This document shows positions 8,680 through 20,124 of a stretch of 64,000 nucleotides of DNA, in pieces. Each line of letters begins with the position of its first letter. Within the stretch, counting starts at the first letter, position 1. The translations under genes and the position numbers were made by a program. Source of the stretch: a virus (taxonomy: Duplodnaviria > Caudoviricetes); the IMG/VR virus record IMGVR_UViG_3300024272_000023; one strand, written 5' to 3'. A model generated the notes under the pieces. It saw only the letters and a list, made by a program, of their open reading frames with translations, did not search any database and was not told the DNA's origin.

Positions 8680-11600
8680 TCAATTATTTTCCGTTTTGTC
8701 GTTAGGGAATTTTGTTTCGTCAAAGTTTACCTCGCAGTAGAGCTGGGAATTCTTTTCAATGTCGCCAACGGCAATAAGTATTTGGTTTGGCTTGTCATCA
8801 ACATATGTTGGTTTCCATTCAGAATCTGCGGTCGCACTATTTGATACTCTCTTCCAGTTGAATGTGCCGCCGTTAGCAATGATTTTGTCTGTAATTGGCG
8901 TTTTATAATCATAAACTTCGCAAGTAACAGTACAAGTGTGAGAGAGATCTGAAAATACAGTTAATCCACTATAAACAAGTACCGTGCTAAAACGATAAGC
9001 ATTATCTATAGCGGTCATTGCATTCATATAGTCTGTACCACCAGATCTGATTTCAACACTCCCATCTTCGTTAACTATGAATTTGGTGTTTCCAGAACCA
9101 ATTTCTATTGCGCCTCCACGTATAAGTTTACCCTCCAATGTGTCAGCCGTCACATACTCCGCAATTGGACCCCATCTTTCCTCGCCATTAATAGTATATT
9201 TACCAAACGCCGCTTTAGATGTTCTCCACGAATCATTTGTTGCCACTAACGCATTGTTGATGATAGCCATCTCCTCAGGTTCAAACTCTGTTGAAGACCC
9301 ATCTCGATACTTCCTAAAATGCATTCCAGTAGAATCCCAACTTATAGCTTGACCGCTAGCACTACCAACAGCCAATGTCAAATCACTAAGACCGTTCGCG
9401 AGACTATCCTCAAGCCAATTGGTTTTATCCACAGACTTCTGCCAAGCACCACTTGATTTTGCCACTTGCTTACCGGCAGAAACAGCCTGTGCCAATAGGC
9501 TGGCATGCTTATCAATTTCTGATTTTGTCGTTACAAGGTTGCCGAAGGTACAAGAGAAATCGCTCAAGTCATCAAAATTCATATTAACCTCAAGCAATCT
9601 CGACCTCTTAACGTATCCATCTCTAATGCCAACCTTAATAAAGTTGCCAAGTTGAAATTGGTCAAACAAAGGCTCAAATTCTGGAAGAGCAAGAATATTT
9701 GCCATAGTCATAGAAAATTCAAGACTAGGCTTACAAAGCGTTTTCAATTCTTTGTCGGCTGCCTCCATCAGTTCTTGACAAATTTTAATACGCTCTTCTT
9801 CACTTTCATAACCCGTCAGCAAAAAGTTGGAATCGTTAAACTCATCTTCCTTGATAAGCGGAGACAGTCTAATCCATTGGTCTACCGTAAAGAACTTACT
9901 CATCTCAGTCTTGTCGCGAATGTATTCCATAATCATTTGATACACGCCTTGTGAGTTTGCATAGGCCACATAAGGAGTTGTACCTTTAAGATAAACCGCA
10001 AATATGTGACCACTCGTTACGACATAAAGGGTTTTTTCATTAGTCGTTCCATCATAGTCTGCAAAATCTTCTTCTTCAACAACAATAGGGGTGTATACTT
10101 CCATCGCGTCATCCTTAGTGTAATACTTCTCAACAGGATTGTATGGTTTATCATTTTCTCCATAAACTATTGGATCAAACGAGGTTGTAAATGTATATAA
10201 TGGGTAATTAGTATTTAGCGATTCTCTTGTTACAGTATGACCGTTAAAATGAGTTAGAGCAGCATTATGCATATTTTCTTCTAAGGAAGAACCGTCTGTT
10301 GGCCGCAATACAATAACTCTATCCGGAACGCTGTATCCATTTAGACAATATTCGGCTTCACGTTCCTTAACCGATAGCACTTGCTGAACCGCCACGAGCT
10401 TATTATAGTTATCTATATATCTTTGATAATTTTCATAATCCTTTTGATCCGTTTCTGATACCGATGCACTAACAATCTCCCAACTATCTCCATCATATTC
10501 TTTTAAAACAATAGGATTACTATTGGTATCAAGCCACCTCGTGCCCTCTTTATAATCTCCCTCGGGCGTTTCGTCTTGTACGATACATTGTGCCTTTTCT
10601 TGGGAGAACATTGCCTCGGTTTGTGTTTGGAAGATTGTGGTGTATGTCTTGTGTTTTTCTTCAAGCATACGAACTCCGTAATCTTGAAGGTTTTCTGGGA
10701 TTGTTTCATCTTTTGCAAGAACGAAGTATGCGCCCATAGTGCCGATATATGTGATTTTATAGCCCTTTAAATCCATCTTTTCTGCCGTTAAAGTGCTCTT
10801 AATCCAATCTATAATAGGATATTCATCTGGCGCCTCAGAAACACCACTAGATGCTTTAACGACAATGGAATGAACATAGTAATCATTAGCCCAGATTGTA
10901 GTACCTTCTTTTGCAAACTCCGTCTTTTTTGTATTAAAATCTGTAGCGTCCTTAAATACAATATTAGTTTCAGAATATTTGCCATCTTTATCTTTGGTAT
11001 AATACTGCAGACGCTCATCATATGAATTTGCTTCTTGGCGCTTATCATAAATACGAATTGTTGTAACATCTGACGCAGAGTTTTTCAACTTTAACAAGAT
11101 ATTATCCTGTTTGTTTGCATTGGTATCTTCGTCAACATGGTACTGATTAAGCTTTTTGATGAGTGCAAATTTCTTTGCATCCCACGCCAGATCAACCTTA
11201 AATTTTTCTGTTTTACTGTAAACCAATAACGCACCTTGAACTACATACATCTCTGCATCTGTTGGTGTCGGAATTGGTTTAGTATATGCTTCATCTAAAT
11301 ACAAAGCAGATGTTTCAACATACTCAGTACCACTACCAATTGTGGTTTTGCAATATGCGGTATTGATTGGTGAAAATGTGCAATAAAGTTTCTTAAACTC
11401 ATCACCAACAAGCACTACATTGCCTTCGGCAGGTACCTCATTCATCAAGTCGCTCCAGCGATTGTTGGCAGATACCCAACCTTTCATAGCGTCCGGATAT
11501 GACATAGGATATATTGAACTTGTGTTACCAAACTTATCTATTCCGGTTTCTGCTTCCCGTAATGCGTCAAGATAGTCACCATATGCCTCGAACAAGTCCT

Positions 11601-12708
11601 GTTCCATCCATTCTTCCGTGTGATAGAAACTTAAATCCATAATCTCGTTACGACCAAGATTAACTTCACGAATATCGAGATTATCAGAACCGGTGACTAC
11701 AAGTTTTGTCTTAATATTATCAGAACTATAGGACACCTTACACTCTGATGCAAGATTATCTTTTGAAATAAATACGTCAGTTTCAAATTGCGTGTTAATC
11801 TCGCTGCCCACATCGGAATCATCTTCCACTTCTTCGTAGAAAGATACGGTTCCCTCAATAGAGTCCCATACTGCAACACACCCAAAAGTTTCACAGATAT
11901 TGTTTTGAACAAAGTCATAAACACTAATTCTATCTTCGCTAAATTTTCTCTCCTTGCGCCAAAGTGACTGATCTACATTGCCTATCTTCCATTCTGGCGT
12001 ATTTTCAAAAACAAGATGAAGAAGAGAAAGGCCTCTTTTACTCTCGTTATTATTAAAGAATTGCACATTAGGGAACTTTTTCATATAAAGTCTTTCGTGA
12101 GGCTGCGAATCTTCTTTTGTATTCGCATTGACTAATTCTGCATATTCGGTTGCATCGTCAATTTGTACCTGTTCGTAGGTGTACGAATCAGTGTCAGTGT
12201 ATACTTGCTGATAATAACTTTCATATGGGTCAAAATCTCCAGAAGCAAGTTTATAAAAAGAATCTTTGTCTGTGTTATAATCAGTTCCATACTGTGCCTC
12301 GTTAAACAAAACTTCTTTAGAGTCAATCTCTCCCGTGTTAATATGAAAGTTTGTAAGATACTTGTTAGACGTTGCGTATTCAAGTGAGAAGGCCGACACA
12401 GATTTGATATCATTGTCACTAGAGGTATCATCAATGTCTTGAAGTGAAAAATACGACAATCCCTCAACAAGAATATTTCTAGGCGCCTCTACTTTGTCAT
12501 ATAACGGATGAACTTTGGTTTCGCCCGTAATCATATCTACATAAGTACGTTGTATTTCAAGCGAGAACTCACTATATGAATTCCATTTTGCATTTAATTG
12601 TCTATTAAAAGCAGGGAGTTCACCTATTCTTTTCTTGCCCGTTGTACACAAAAATACTCTTGGTGGAATTGGGTTATTTAAATAATCACGAGAAAGTGTT
12701 AGTTTCAT
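8680..12708 (-). CDS. tail tip / baseplate hub (Tal-like) protein
   Basis: 1342 aa, directly after Dit; FQLGNFIKVG...SRLLEVNMNF hub-like motif and ATNDSWRTSKAAFG region. Confidence 0.7.
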   Translation of the reverse strand: MKLTLSRDYLNNPIPPRVFLCTTGKKRIGELPAFNRQLNAKWNSYSEFSLEIQRTYVDMITGETKVHPLYDKVEAPRNILVEGLSYFSLQDIDDTSSDNDIKSVSAFSLEYATSNKYLTNFHINTGEIDSKEVLFNEAQYGTDYNTDKDSFYKLASGDFDPYESYYQQVYTDTDSYTYEQVQIDDATEYAELVNANTKEDSQPHERLYMKKFPNVQFFNNNESKRGLSLLHLVFENTPEWKIGNVDQSLWRKERKFSEDRISVYDFVQNNICETFGCVAVWDSIEGTVSFYEEVEDDSDVGSEINTQFETDVFISKDNLASECKVSYSSDNIKTKLVVTGSDNLDIREVNLGRNEIMDLSFYHTEEWMEQDLFEAYGDYLDALREAETGIDKFGNTSSIYPMSYPDAMKGWVSANNRWSDLMNEVPAEGNVVLVGDEFKKLYCTFSPINTAYCKTTIGSGTEYVETSALYLDEAYTKPIPTPTDAEMYVVQGALLVYSKTEKFKVDLAWDAKKFALIKKLNQYHVDEDTNANKQDNILLKLKNSASDVTTIRIYDKRQEANSYDERLQYYTKDKDGKYSETNIVFKDATDFNTKKTEFAKEGTTIWANDYYVHSIVVKASSGVSEAPDEYPIIDWIKSTLTAEKMDLKGYKITYIGTMGAYFVLAKDETIPENLQDYGVRMLEEKHKTYTTIFQTQTEAMFSQEKAQCIVQDETPEGDYKEGTRWLDTNSNPIVLKEYDGDSWEIVSASVSETDQKDYENYQRYIDNYNKLVAVQQVLSVKEREAEYCLNGYSVPDRVIVLRPTDGSSLEENMHNAALTHFNGHTVTRESLNTNYPLYTFTTSFDPIVYGENDKPYNPVEKYYTKDDAMEVYTPIVVEEEDFADYDGTTNEKTLYVVTSGHIFAVYLKGTTPYVAYANSQGVYQMIMEYIRDKTEMSKFFTVDQWIRLSPLIKEDEFNDSNFLLTGYESEEERIKICQELMEAADKELKTLCKPSLEFSMTMANILALPEFEPLFDQFQLGNFIKVGIRDGYVKRSRLLEVNMNFDDLSDFSCTFGNLVTTKSEIDKHASLLAQAVSAGKQVAKSSGAWQKSVDKTNWLEDSLANGLSDLTLAVGSASGQAISWDSTGMHFRKYRDGSSTEFEPEEMAIINNALVATNDSWRTSKAAFGKYTINGEERWGPIAEYVTADTLEGKLIRGGAIEIGSGNTKFIVNEDGSVEIRSGGTDYMNAMTAIDNAYRFSTVLVYSGLTVFSDLSHTCTVTCEVYDYKTPITDKIIANGGTFNWKRVSNSATADSEWKPTYVDDKPNQILIAVGDIEKNSQLYCEVNFDETKFPNDKTENN

Positions 12709-12720
12709 ACAACCACCACC

Positions 12721-13548
12721 TTAATATTCGCCGCACTTAATCACGGTACGATATTCCAAAGTCACTTCACAATTACCCTCAATAGCAATTTCATTCTTGC
12801 CATCGTATAATTCAAGCCACACCCAATTAAAATCATCTCCGAATATACGTCTAGTCAAAGAAGTCTTAATAATTTTATTTGCACCATCTATTGTAACTGT
12901 TTCATCAGAAGCATTGTTTGTCAACTCAAGCGAATTGTATGACTTTGACGCATTAAAGAAGTCCGTGTGCTTGTTGATAAATTTAATGTTATTGCCATTT
13001 GTCTGAATTGTCACACGAGGATAAACTGGCTTGTTGTCGTCTGTATCTATGTTAATTGTAATCTTGTTGTCTGCCTCTGTTATTGTTTTGGTGGTCGTAT
13101 AAAGGTCTGACATTGCGAATGGGGATATGCTATCCCAAGTCGCAGTTATTGCAACTGTACGATTATTCGCCAACTTCTGAAGCGACAATTCAACAAAACC
13201 GCCAATGCTAGCCCACGACACCACATTACTATCATCGTAATACACCTCAAGGAGTGCCGTAGTATCCTTTTGTGTCAACCACTTGAGGGTTGCACGCACC
13301 TCCTCTTGGCTAAAATCACCGAAATTTGACTTCGTAAAAGTAAATTTTGGCGAGAATGTTTCTGTATATTTCATATTGTGTATTCTTTTATATCGACCAT
13401 CGTAAGACTCTGATGCCACAGCTTCTCTTGAAAGAAAGGTGTTTGCTTCCCCAGAATCGCTATCAAAGGCTACGCAGGTGATTAAATCTGGTATATTTAA
13501 TTCATTGCTAAAGATACCTGAGTATCTTATTCTATGAGGACTTACCAT
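12721..13548 (-). CDS. distal tail protein (Dit)
   Basis: 275 aa between TMP and Tal; PVYPRVTI...WLELYDGKNEI C-terminal pattern. Confidence 0.75.
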   Translation of the reverse strand: MVSPHRIRYSGIFSNELNIPDLITCVAFDSDSGEANTFLSREAVASESYDGRYKRIHNMKYTETFSPKFTFTKSNFGDFSQEEVRATLKWLTQKDTTALLEVYYDDSNVVSWASIGGFVELSLQKLANNRTVAITATWDSISPFAMSDLYTTTKTITEADNKITINIDTDDNKPVYPRVTIQTNGNNIKFINKHTDFFNASKSYNSLELTNNASDETVTIDGANKIIKTSLTRRIFGDDFNWVWLELYDGKNEIAIEGNCEVTLEYRTVIKCGEY

Positions 13549-13613
13549 ATGGCGTTCCCTCCTTAACTACTTCAATATTTTTGTTCATTTAAATCTTCTC
13601 CTTACAATTTAGC

Positions 13614-13637
13614 AAAGGTGGGGATTGCTCCCCACCA
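13614..13637 (-). terminator. hairpin downstream of the TMP gene
   Basis: GGTGGGGA-ttgc-TCCCCACC. Confidence 0.55.
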
Positions 13638-13659
13638 AATGCTAAGTAATTGTTTGTTT

Positions 13660-16600
13660 TTATCTGCTAAAACGTTTAATTGAGTAATTAAGCTGTTTAG
13701 CAAATATATCAATTTTCTTATCCATCATCGCTTCAAGCTGAGGCAATGTGTCTTTATCAACACGGTCAACCTTTAGGAAGTTTTCCATATCGATAACAAT
13801 TTCTGGCTTATTAATTGCGTTAGCAATCATATTAATACCAGAATCAAACTTCGGTCTATTAATTAAGCCATCAACAACCTTTGGAAGATCAATTAATTCC
13901 CGTGTTAAGTCCGCTGGAATAACGGTACTTCCGGCTCTCATAAATGAAAGTGTACCTTCAGGAGTTGCATACATGGTTAATTCATCTCCAAATTGTGGCT
14001 CGTCTGTTATAGCCCATTCATCGCGAGTTGTACCAGTAGTACCCTTAGCATGGAAATGAGCGGGAACCATTTGATAATATTTATTATACCAGTCAGCGTC
14101 AGCACTATAGCCATTCTTACGAGACTGTATGGCACGATTTTTAATATTGCTTTCAAGTGCTCTGGCCGTATTATAATCGTATTTACCAGTCTGAGCAACC
14201 CCTATAGTTTTTTGTACTGATTTGAGAGCATTAGAGGTTTGAGTATCCCATATGCCGTTAACTGGAACCTGTTTATTGTAAACCTGTTCTAATATGGTTT
14301 GAAGCGTTCTGACGCTTGCGCTTGGAGTTGGTGTAGGATTTCCACCGCCTCCACCAGAGCCAGAACCCGATCCAGCATTTGGATTACCTCCAACATTTTG
14401 CACTCTCAACTGGGCCTGGTATGCATTGTCTGCGGCAGTTTTAACTCCATTCCACTTATCAATAATTTTTTGAATCTGATTAGCAAAACCGGTAATAGTA
14501 CTCGAAAACTTATTACCAAGTTCCGTTCCAGTCAAGAAGTTCGAATACTTTTCAACAGCAACCTTGGCTGTATTCCAAGAACCAGAAAGTTTTGAACCAA
14601 CTCCGTTTGCGAATACGGTAATAGCACCACCCTCGCCAATCAAAGCGGCATATTCACCGGAGGTCATACTTAGTTTCAATTCATCTTTCCACGCTATTGC
14701 CTGTGCAGATGCGTCTTTCCAAGGTTGAGTTAATTCATCAGATAATGTGATACCATATGTGTCCGCTATATCATTAAGTTCATTATAAACAATATCGGCA
14801 TTGAACAGCACATCCATCATACTATTCTGAATGAGCAATTCAACATTATCTAAAGTTTCTTCAAGTTTTTCGATGCGCTTTTCCTGAGATTTCCTGTATG
14901 CCTCAGATTCATCATCAAGTGCAGAAGACCGTGCGTCACGGCTGTGGTCATAATAAGTATCGTTTAGACCCTCTTTGGCTTCCATAAGTTGAGCCTCAAG
15001 ACGTCTACGTTCCGCTACATCGCTCGCTGCAGAACTACCACTTAAACTTGCGATACGACGCTCAAGTTCACTAATGTCTTTTGTTTGCTTTTTAATATTT
15101 TTTCTAAAATCATACAGATCTCTTTCGGCATCTAATTCTTCTTTTTTTGCATCAATTAAATCTTCGTATGCCTCAATTTCTTTTTCAATTCCTTCTTTTA
15201 TAGCGTCAATGCGAGCTTCGTTAAGTTCAATAATGCTATCTCGTGCGTCATTTTGCGCATTGATCGAATCGTATAAACCATCAGTCAATGTTGCAAGACG
15301 CTCTTGATATTGCTCTTCGCTTAATTCACCATTCTTATATTGCTCTTCGACTTTTGCAATTTCAGATTGGTATCTCTGCGTGTCTGCGGCTGCCTTCTCA
15401 ATAAGATTCGTATACATTGCCATACGAGTCAGTGCGGCAGAACTCCAGTTACCATTCTCATCTGCGACGTCTTCGTCTTCTAGTAGACTATCAACAAGCT
15501 CTAATTCTTTTCCCAAACGCGAAATTTCATCTGTGGCTTGTTCAAAATAATGGATATCAATTTCGCGAAGCGCCTCTTGCCAAGCGATGGTGTTTGATTC
15601 ACACTCTTTGATTGCCACAGCAACCTCATTAAGAGTATTATTGTAATCGGTCCATGTGTCCTGGTCGATAGCGTCTTTATTTGCTTCAAGATAGTTGCTT
15701 AACGCAGTATACTGTTCTTCTAATAAATCCTTTTCTTCCGTAGAAGTGCGAAGTAAATCTTCGTAATATTCTGCTGACGCTTTTCCACCACGAGCCTCAG
15801 CTTTGTCAATTTCGGCCTCAATAAGATTGCGCTCATTGGTGATGAGGGCAAGTCTATTTTCGTATTTTGCAACCAACCTGTCCCATTCAGATTCAGCTTC
15901 TTCTTGGCCAGAAGTTTTGCTACCTGGATCAAGAATATTATTAAATGATGTTGGAAGATTATCTCTAACTGAATCAATTAATCCAACGGTATTTTGGAAA
16001 TTAGTCAATACTTGTTGCCACTCTTCATCGCTAACAAACTCATTATCCTGCGCACCTTTTAATGCAGCATTAAATGCAGCTACCGACCCGGCAGCAACAA
16101 TTGCATCACTAGCGACAGTACTAAGTGCGCCAGAATAAGTTCCAAGCTCAATCGACGCTTGATTTGCGGCTACGGCACTATTACTAACCTCTATGGCTTT
16201 CTTGCGCTCTGCTAACGCATTTAACTGGGTTATCGCAGTCTGTACGGCGGTTGCTTCAGCGTCAGCGAGTTTAGTTTCAAGCATGGCTTGAAGTGCAGAT
16301 TGATTAATGGTTAATTGACCGCCCTCCATTTTTAGAACCGCAAGATATTCGGGTTGCAGCTGAAGCAATGCTTGAAGATTATCTAAAGACAAATAACCCT
16401 GTGCATTATATTCGGTCGTAATGTCTTTCAAGGTAGAGTAAACACTTTGAACTTTATCCGCAACAGTGTCAAAGGATTCAAATTCCAAATCAACTTTTAA
16501 TCCAAGTTTATCGCCAAGTTCATCTAATGTACCTTGTGCCTCTTCGGACAATTCATCATAATTTTGCGGATCTTCAAAATATGTTTGAAGCGCGAGTAGC

Positions 16601-19600
16601 TGCTCGTCTGTAGATACCATACGCGCAATTTCAGATTTAATTTCTTCATCAGACATATGTCTGGCCATAAAGTGAGTTTCTTTATACTTGGCAATTTGCT
16701 CATCAGTGATTTCGACTGTCGGGGCGATAACTTCGTCATACAATTTTTCGATTTGCTTTTGAATAGCTTTTCGATTTGCCTCTGCGTTGTCCTCATTAGA
16801 GGCTATAGTTGCTGTGTTGGTTTTGTCTGCCTCGGTTCGTGTGCTAATCCACAAAAACTTTCCACTCTTTTTTTTTTCGGATTTTTTAACTGCTTTTTCT
16901 AATTCATCTTCGCTTGCTTTGGCTCTTTCATATTCTGATGTCAGTGTTTGTAAAGTTTGAATCTGCGTATTATAAGTATCTGCCTTTTTTTTAGCGCTCT
17001 TTGCATCGTAAGTCGCCGCAATTACTTGTTTTTGTTCGGCGGTAAGTAAAACATTGTTTGCCTTTTCATACTCAGAAATTGCCTCTTCGATTGTTTTTCC
17101 GCCGTTTAAAACTTCATTCGCAATTTGTTCACCTATGCTAGAATATTCCTTAATGCCATTAAGTAGCTCCGATGCATTATTAACGCCCATATTGGTAAGC
17201 TGAGACCATAGTGCCACATATTGCTCCGTTTCAATTTTTTCTCCAGATAAAGCCGAAGTAATTAAAGTTTCAATTAAGTCATTAATTGCCGCCTTAGCTT
17301 CTTCGGTGGATGCGGTACCGGATGTCATAATGCTTACAAAATCAGTCCACTTATCGCCCATACCACCAAAGGTTTCACTAAGCTCTACAAGTGTTTGGGC
17401 GGTAACAATACCCGTTTCGTTGAATTCCTCAAAAGCACCCTTTAAACTTTCTACCTTGTCTGCGAGTTTTGCAGCTGCTTTAATGGCATCTTCAGTAGTA
17501 AATTCTTGTGCTTCCTCTTCAGCCTTCTTTAAGTCTTGGAAATAATATTTGACATCTGTGACAGTAACACCCATTTTGTATAGATTCTGTTTGAAGTCTT
17601 CATCAAACGCACTAGAGAAATCAAATTCTTCTCCGGCTTTCATTGCTTCTTCGATATCTTTCTTGATATCCTTAAGCTCTTGTGATGCATTATCTCCAAA
17701 GAGGCGCGATATATAGTTGGTTTTATTAAAAGTACCTCGTGCTACGCTGTACTGATCCCGAAGTTCGGCTAAATAATCGAGCGCCTTATCAGATTCTGCG
17801 CTATCTCCGTATTCAACACCGTTCAGTGCTTCAGAAATAACAGCAATATATTCATCTATTTCGGCAGATTTTTCATCCAATTCCTTTTGATATTTTTCAA
17901 TATCTTTTAAAGAAGATGCATTATCTAACTTATTTTTAATCTCTCGATAATCAGCCATATCGTCAAGAACTTCTTCGTCCTCTGATTTTCCGTTGAGCCA
18001 CGTACCAATTTCATCACGTTTGCTATCAACAACTTTTGCCGCTTGACGACCAACAATGCCAGCTTTATGTTTTTCCTCGTCTTCCAAGAGTTCTTTCCTA
18101 TGCTCTAACTCAGCGTTTGTTGCTCGAAGTTTATCGAGTTCTTCCTGCTCTTCGAATGTAAGATTACCTTTTGCAAGAAGCTCTTCCATACGATCGTTGG
18201 TTTTTTCAAGTTCAGAATTAACAGAATCAAGCTCGGAACGAATGTCGGAAAGTTCTGATTTAAGACCATCAAGTTCTTCTTGGAGTTCTTCGGTCGATTT
18301 ATGAATTGCAGCAAACGCTGCACCTAATGCCACAACAGCGCCGACGGCAAGCAATATCCATCCGATTGGTGTGGTAGTCATAAATGTCCACATAGCTTTT
18401 GTGGCACCCCAAATTCCTGCCATTAACCCCTTAAAACCAAGACCAAGAAGTTGTGTCATAGTCATATTGGCAATTTGAGCTTTCGTTAAAGCACCATTTG
18501 CAATTTGTTGCTTGACATATTCCGTTGATAACAACTTCATTATCAATAACTGTTTAAGCTTCGCACCAACATCCGCAAGGGTAGCGTCTTTACTCATTGC
18601 TGTTGCTAAAACATCTTTCCAAGTAGACGCCACCTTGCCGTCTGACGCCAACGCGGCTACTGCGTCAATTGTTGCGCTCTCTCCAGTAACAATATTGTCG
18701 GCCTTTTCTGCCGCTGTTTTCGCATTAATTGCTGCGGTCATTCCATCCAGCTTGCCGGACGCCTCTCCAATCGTTTTGTCCATTTCGGCTAAATCAAACT
18801 GAGCGGCATAACGCACAGTGTCTACTTTTTTCTTCTGCAATGAGTCTAAGTCTTTTTCTATATTGGCTATTTCCTGAGACGCATCTGTAATATGTTGGTC
18901 GCGCTCCTTGTTCATGCGGATACCATCATTAAATTTACGGGTAACTGGCTCGGACTCTGCTTTTGCAAGCTTTTGTTTTGCTACCTCTAATTTCTTCTGC
19001 GTGTCTGTTATGTCGTCATCTATGGAAGTCGTGTCAATCTCGACCAACTTTAGCATATCGTCACGGGAGTCTGATTCTACGGCTTTGGCCAACTCTTCAC
19101 GTCTTGCCTTAATTGCATCTACTTCTTTTACGAATGCATCTCTATCGCCGATAAGCGCACCTAATTCTGGGTCAACGGGTGCTTTAGGTTCAGCGTCGTC
19201 AATTTGTTTACGCAAGATATCAACGCGATCCTGCGCGTCTCTTCTTTCTTGAGCGGTACGCTTATTTCCATGTTGCACGTCCGCCTGAGTTGTCTTAGCA
19301 AGATCTTGCTCTGCCTTTGCTAATTGTTGTTTAAGCGCTTCGACACCGTCTTCTGCTGGCTTAAAGAAATTGCTAAAAATGCCATGATTTTTCTCTAAGT
19401 ATGTCAGAAATCCGACAAATGCGATATTCACTGGGCCAATTGCGTCAACTATTTTTACAAGTTGCGTCGCAAGGTCAACAAAGAATTTGACAACATCGCT
19501 ATCAAGTGTGTCACTCCACATTGCTTGCATAGCATTGTTGAATTGGTCAATTTTACCCTGAATGCTATCCAAATATTTTTCATTTTCTTTTAACGCACTA

Positions 19601-20124
19601 CCCTCTGCGTTCATCGCATCTTTATATGCTGCCTTAAGATCTTCTGGATTTTGAAGCAGAGCTGCAATAACCGAACTATTTCGTTTTCCGGCTAGAAGTT
19701 CCAATAATCCCGCTCTAGCTTTGTCATCAGTAATTTGGTCCCATACCTCTGCGATTTCCAATAATATCTGATATGTGCTTTTATAAGCACCAGTATCAGT
19801 TAAAATATCTACGCCAGAAATGGCCAATACTTGACTACGAAGTTTTGATGTAGATTCGACGGCGCCATCGGTGTCTAAGCCTTCTTCCTCTAAAACCTTC
19901 ACTGAAGTTCCACGCAATCTTAAAGATGTTGTCTTCAATGCAGTTCCCACAGAATCCGCGTCCTGAATTATAGCATTGGCTGTCGCAGTCAAGGCTGCCG
20001 CCTCGGCAAGGTTACCGCCTGCAGCAACCAATGATGCAGAAGATTTAGTTAAAGATTGGGCCAAATCTGCTGTCGAGATTGCATAGTTGTTGCCTATAAT
20101 ATTGAGCGTGTTAACAACTTCCAT
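13660..20124 (-). CDS. tape measure protein, C-terminal part (TP901-like core, TM segment, coiled coils, C-terminal peptidoglycan-binding domain)
   Basis: NIIGNNYAISTADLAQSL and GTALKTTSLRLRG TMP core motifs; hydrophobic GWILLAVGAVVALGAA; continuous with the upstream ORF after a -1 shift at ~20163. Confidence 0.85.
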   Translation of the reverse strand: MEVVNTLNIIGNNYAISTADLAQSLTKSSASLVAAGGNLAEAAALTATANAIIQDADSVGTALKTTSLRLRGTSVKVLEEEGLDTDGAVESTSKLRSQVLAISGVDILTDTGAYKSTYQILLEIAEVWDQITDDKARAGLLELLAGKRNSSVIAALLQNPEDLKAAYKDAMNAEGSALKENEKYLDSIQGKIDQFNNAMQAMWSDTLDSDVVKFFVDLATQLVKIVDAIGPVNIAFVGFLTYLEKNHGIFSNFFKPAEDGVEALKQQLAKAEQDLAKTTQADVQHGNKRTAQERRDAQDRVDILRKQIDDAEPKAPVDPELGALIGDRDAFVKEVDAIKARREELAKAVESDSRDDMLKLVEIDTTSIDDDITDTQKKLEVAKQKLAKAESEPVTRKFNDGIRMNKERDQHITDASQEIANIEKDLDSLQKKKVDTVRYAAQFDLAEMDKTIGEASGKLDGMTAAINAKTAAEKADNIVTGESATIDAVAALASDGKVASTWKDVLATAMSKDATLADVGAKLKQLLIMKLLSTEYVKQQIANGALTKAQIANMTMTQLLGLGFKGLMAGIWGATKAMWTFMTTTPIGWILLAVGAVVALGAAFAAIHKSTEELQEELDGLKSELSDIRSELDSVNSELEKTNDRMEELLAKGNLTFEEQEELDKLRATNAELEHRKELLEDEEKHKAGIVGRQAAKVVDSKRDEIGTWLNGKSEDEEVLDDMADYREIKNKLDNASSLKDIEKYQKELDEKSAEIDEYIAVISEALNGVEYGDSAESDKALDYLAELRDQYSVARGTFNKTNYISRLFGDNASQELKDIKKDIEEAMKAGEEFDFSSAFDEDFKQNLYKMGVTVTDVKYYFQDLKKAEEEAQEFTTEDAIKAAAKLADKVESLKGAFEEFNETGIVTAQTLVELSETFGGMGDKWTDFVSIMTSGTASTEEAKAAINDLIETLITSALSGEKIETEQYVALWSQLTNMGVNNASELLNGIKEYSSIGEQIANEVLNGGKTIEEAISEYEKANNVLLTAEQKQVIAATYDAKSAKKKADTYNTQIQTLQTLTSEYERAKASEDELEKAVKKSEKKKSGKFLWISTRTEADKTNTATIASNEDNAEANRKAIQKQIEKLYDEVIAPTVEITDEQIAKYKETHFMARHMSDEEIKSEIARMVSTDEQLLALQTYFEDPQNYDELSEEAQGTLDELGDKLGLKVDLEFESFDTVADKVQSVYSTLKDITTEYNAQGYLSLDNLQALLQLQPEYLAVLKMEGGQLTINQSALQAMLETKLADAEATAVQTAITQLNALAERKKAIEVSNSAVAANQASIELGTYSGALSTVASDAIVAAGSVAAFNAALKGAQDNEFVSDEEWQQVLTNFQNTVGLIDSVRDNLPTSFNNILDPGSKTSGQEEAESEWDRLVAKYENRLALITNERNLIEAEIDKAEARGGKASAEYYEDLLRTSTEEKDLLEEQYTALSNYLEANKDAIDQDTWTDYNNTLNEVAVAIKECESNTIAWQEALREIDIHYFEQATDEISRLGKELELVDSLLEDEDVADENGNWSSAALTRMAMYTNLIEKAAADTQRYQSEIAKVEEQYKNGELSEEQYQERLATLTDGLYDSINAQNDARDSIIELNEARIDAIKEGIEKEIEAYEDLIDAKKEELDAERDLYDFRKNIKKQTKDISELERRIASLSGSSAASDVAERRRLEAQLMEAKEGLNDTYYDHSRDARSSALDDESEAYRKSQEKRIEKLEETLDNVELLIQNSMMDVLFNADIVYNELNDIADTYGITLSDELTQPWKDASAQAIAWKDELKLSMTSGEYAALIGEGGAITVFANGVGSKLSGSWNTAKVAVEKYSNFLTGTELGNKFSSTITGFANQIQKIIDKWNGVKTAADNAYQAQLRVQNVGGNPNAGSGSGSGGGGGNPTPTPSASVRTLQTILEQVYNKQVPVNGIWDTQTSNALKSVQKTIGVAQTGKYDYNTARALESNIKNRAIQSRKNGYSADADWYNKYYQMVPAHFHAKGTTGTTRDEWAITDEPQFGDELTMYATPEGTLSFMRAGSTVIPADLTRELIDLPKVVDGLINRPKFDSGINMIANAINKPEIVIDMENFLKVDRVDKDTLPQLEAMMDKKIDIFAKQLNYSIKRFSR

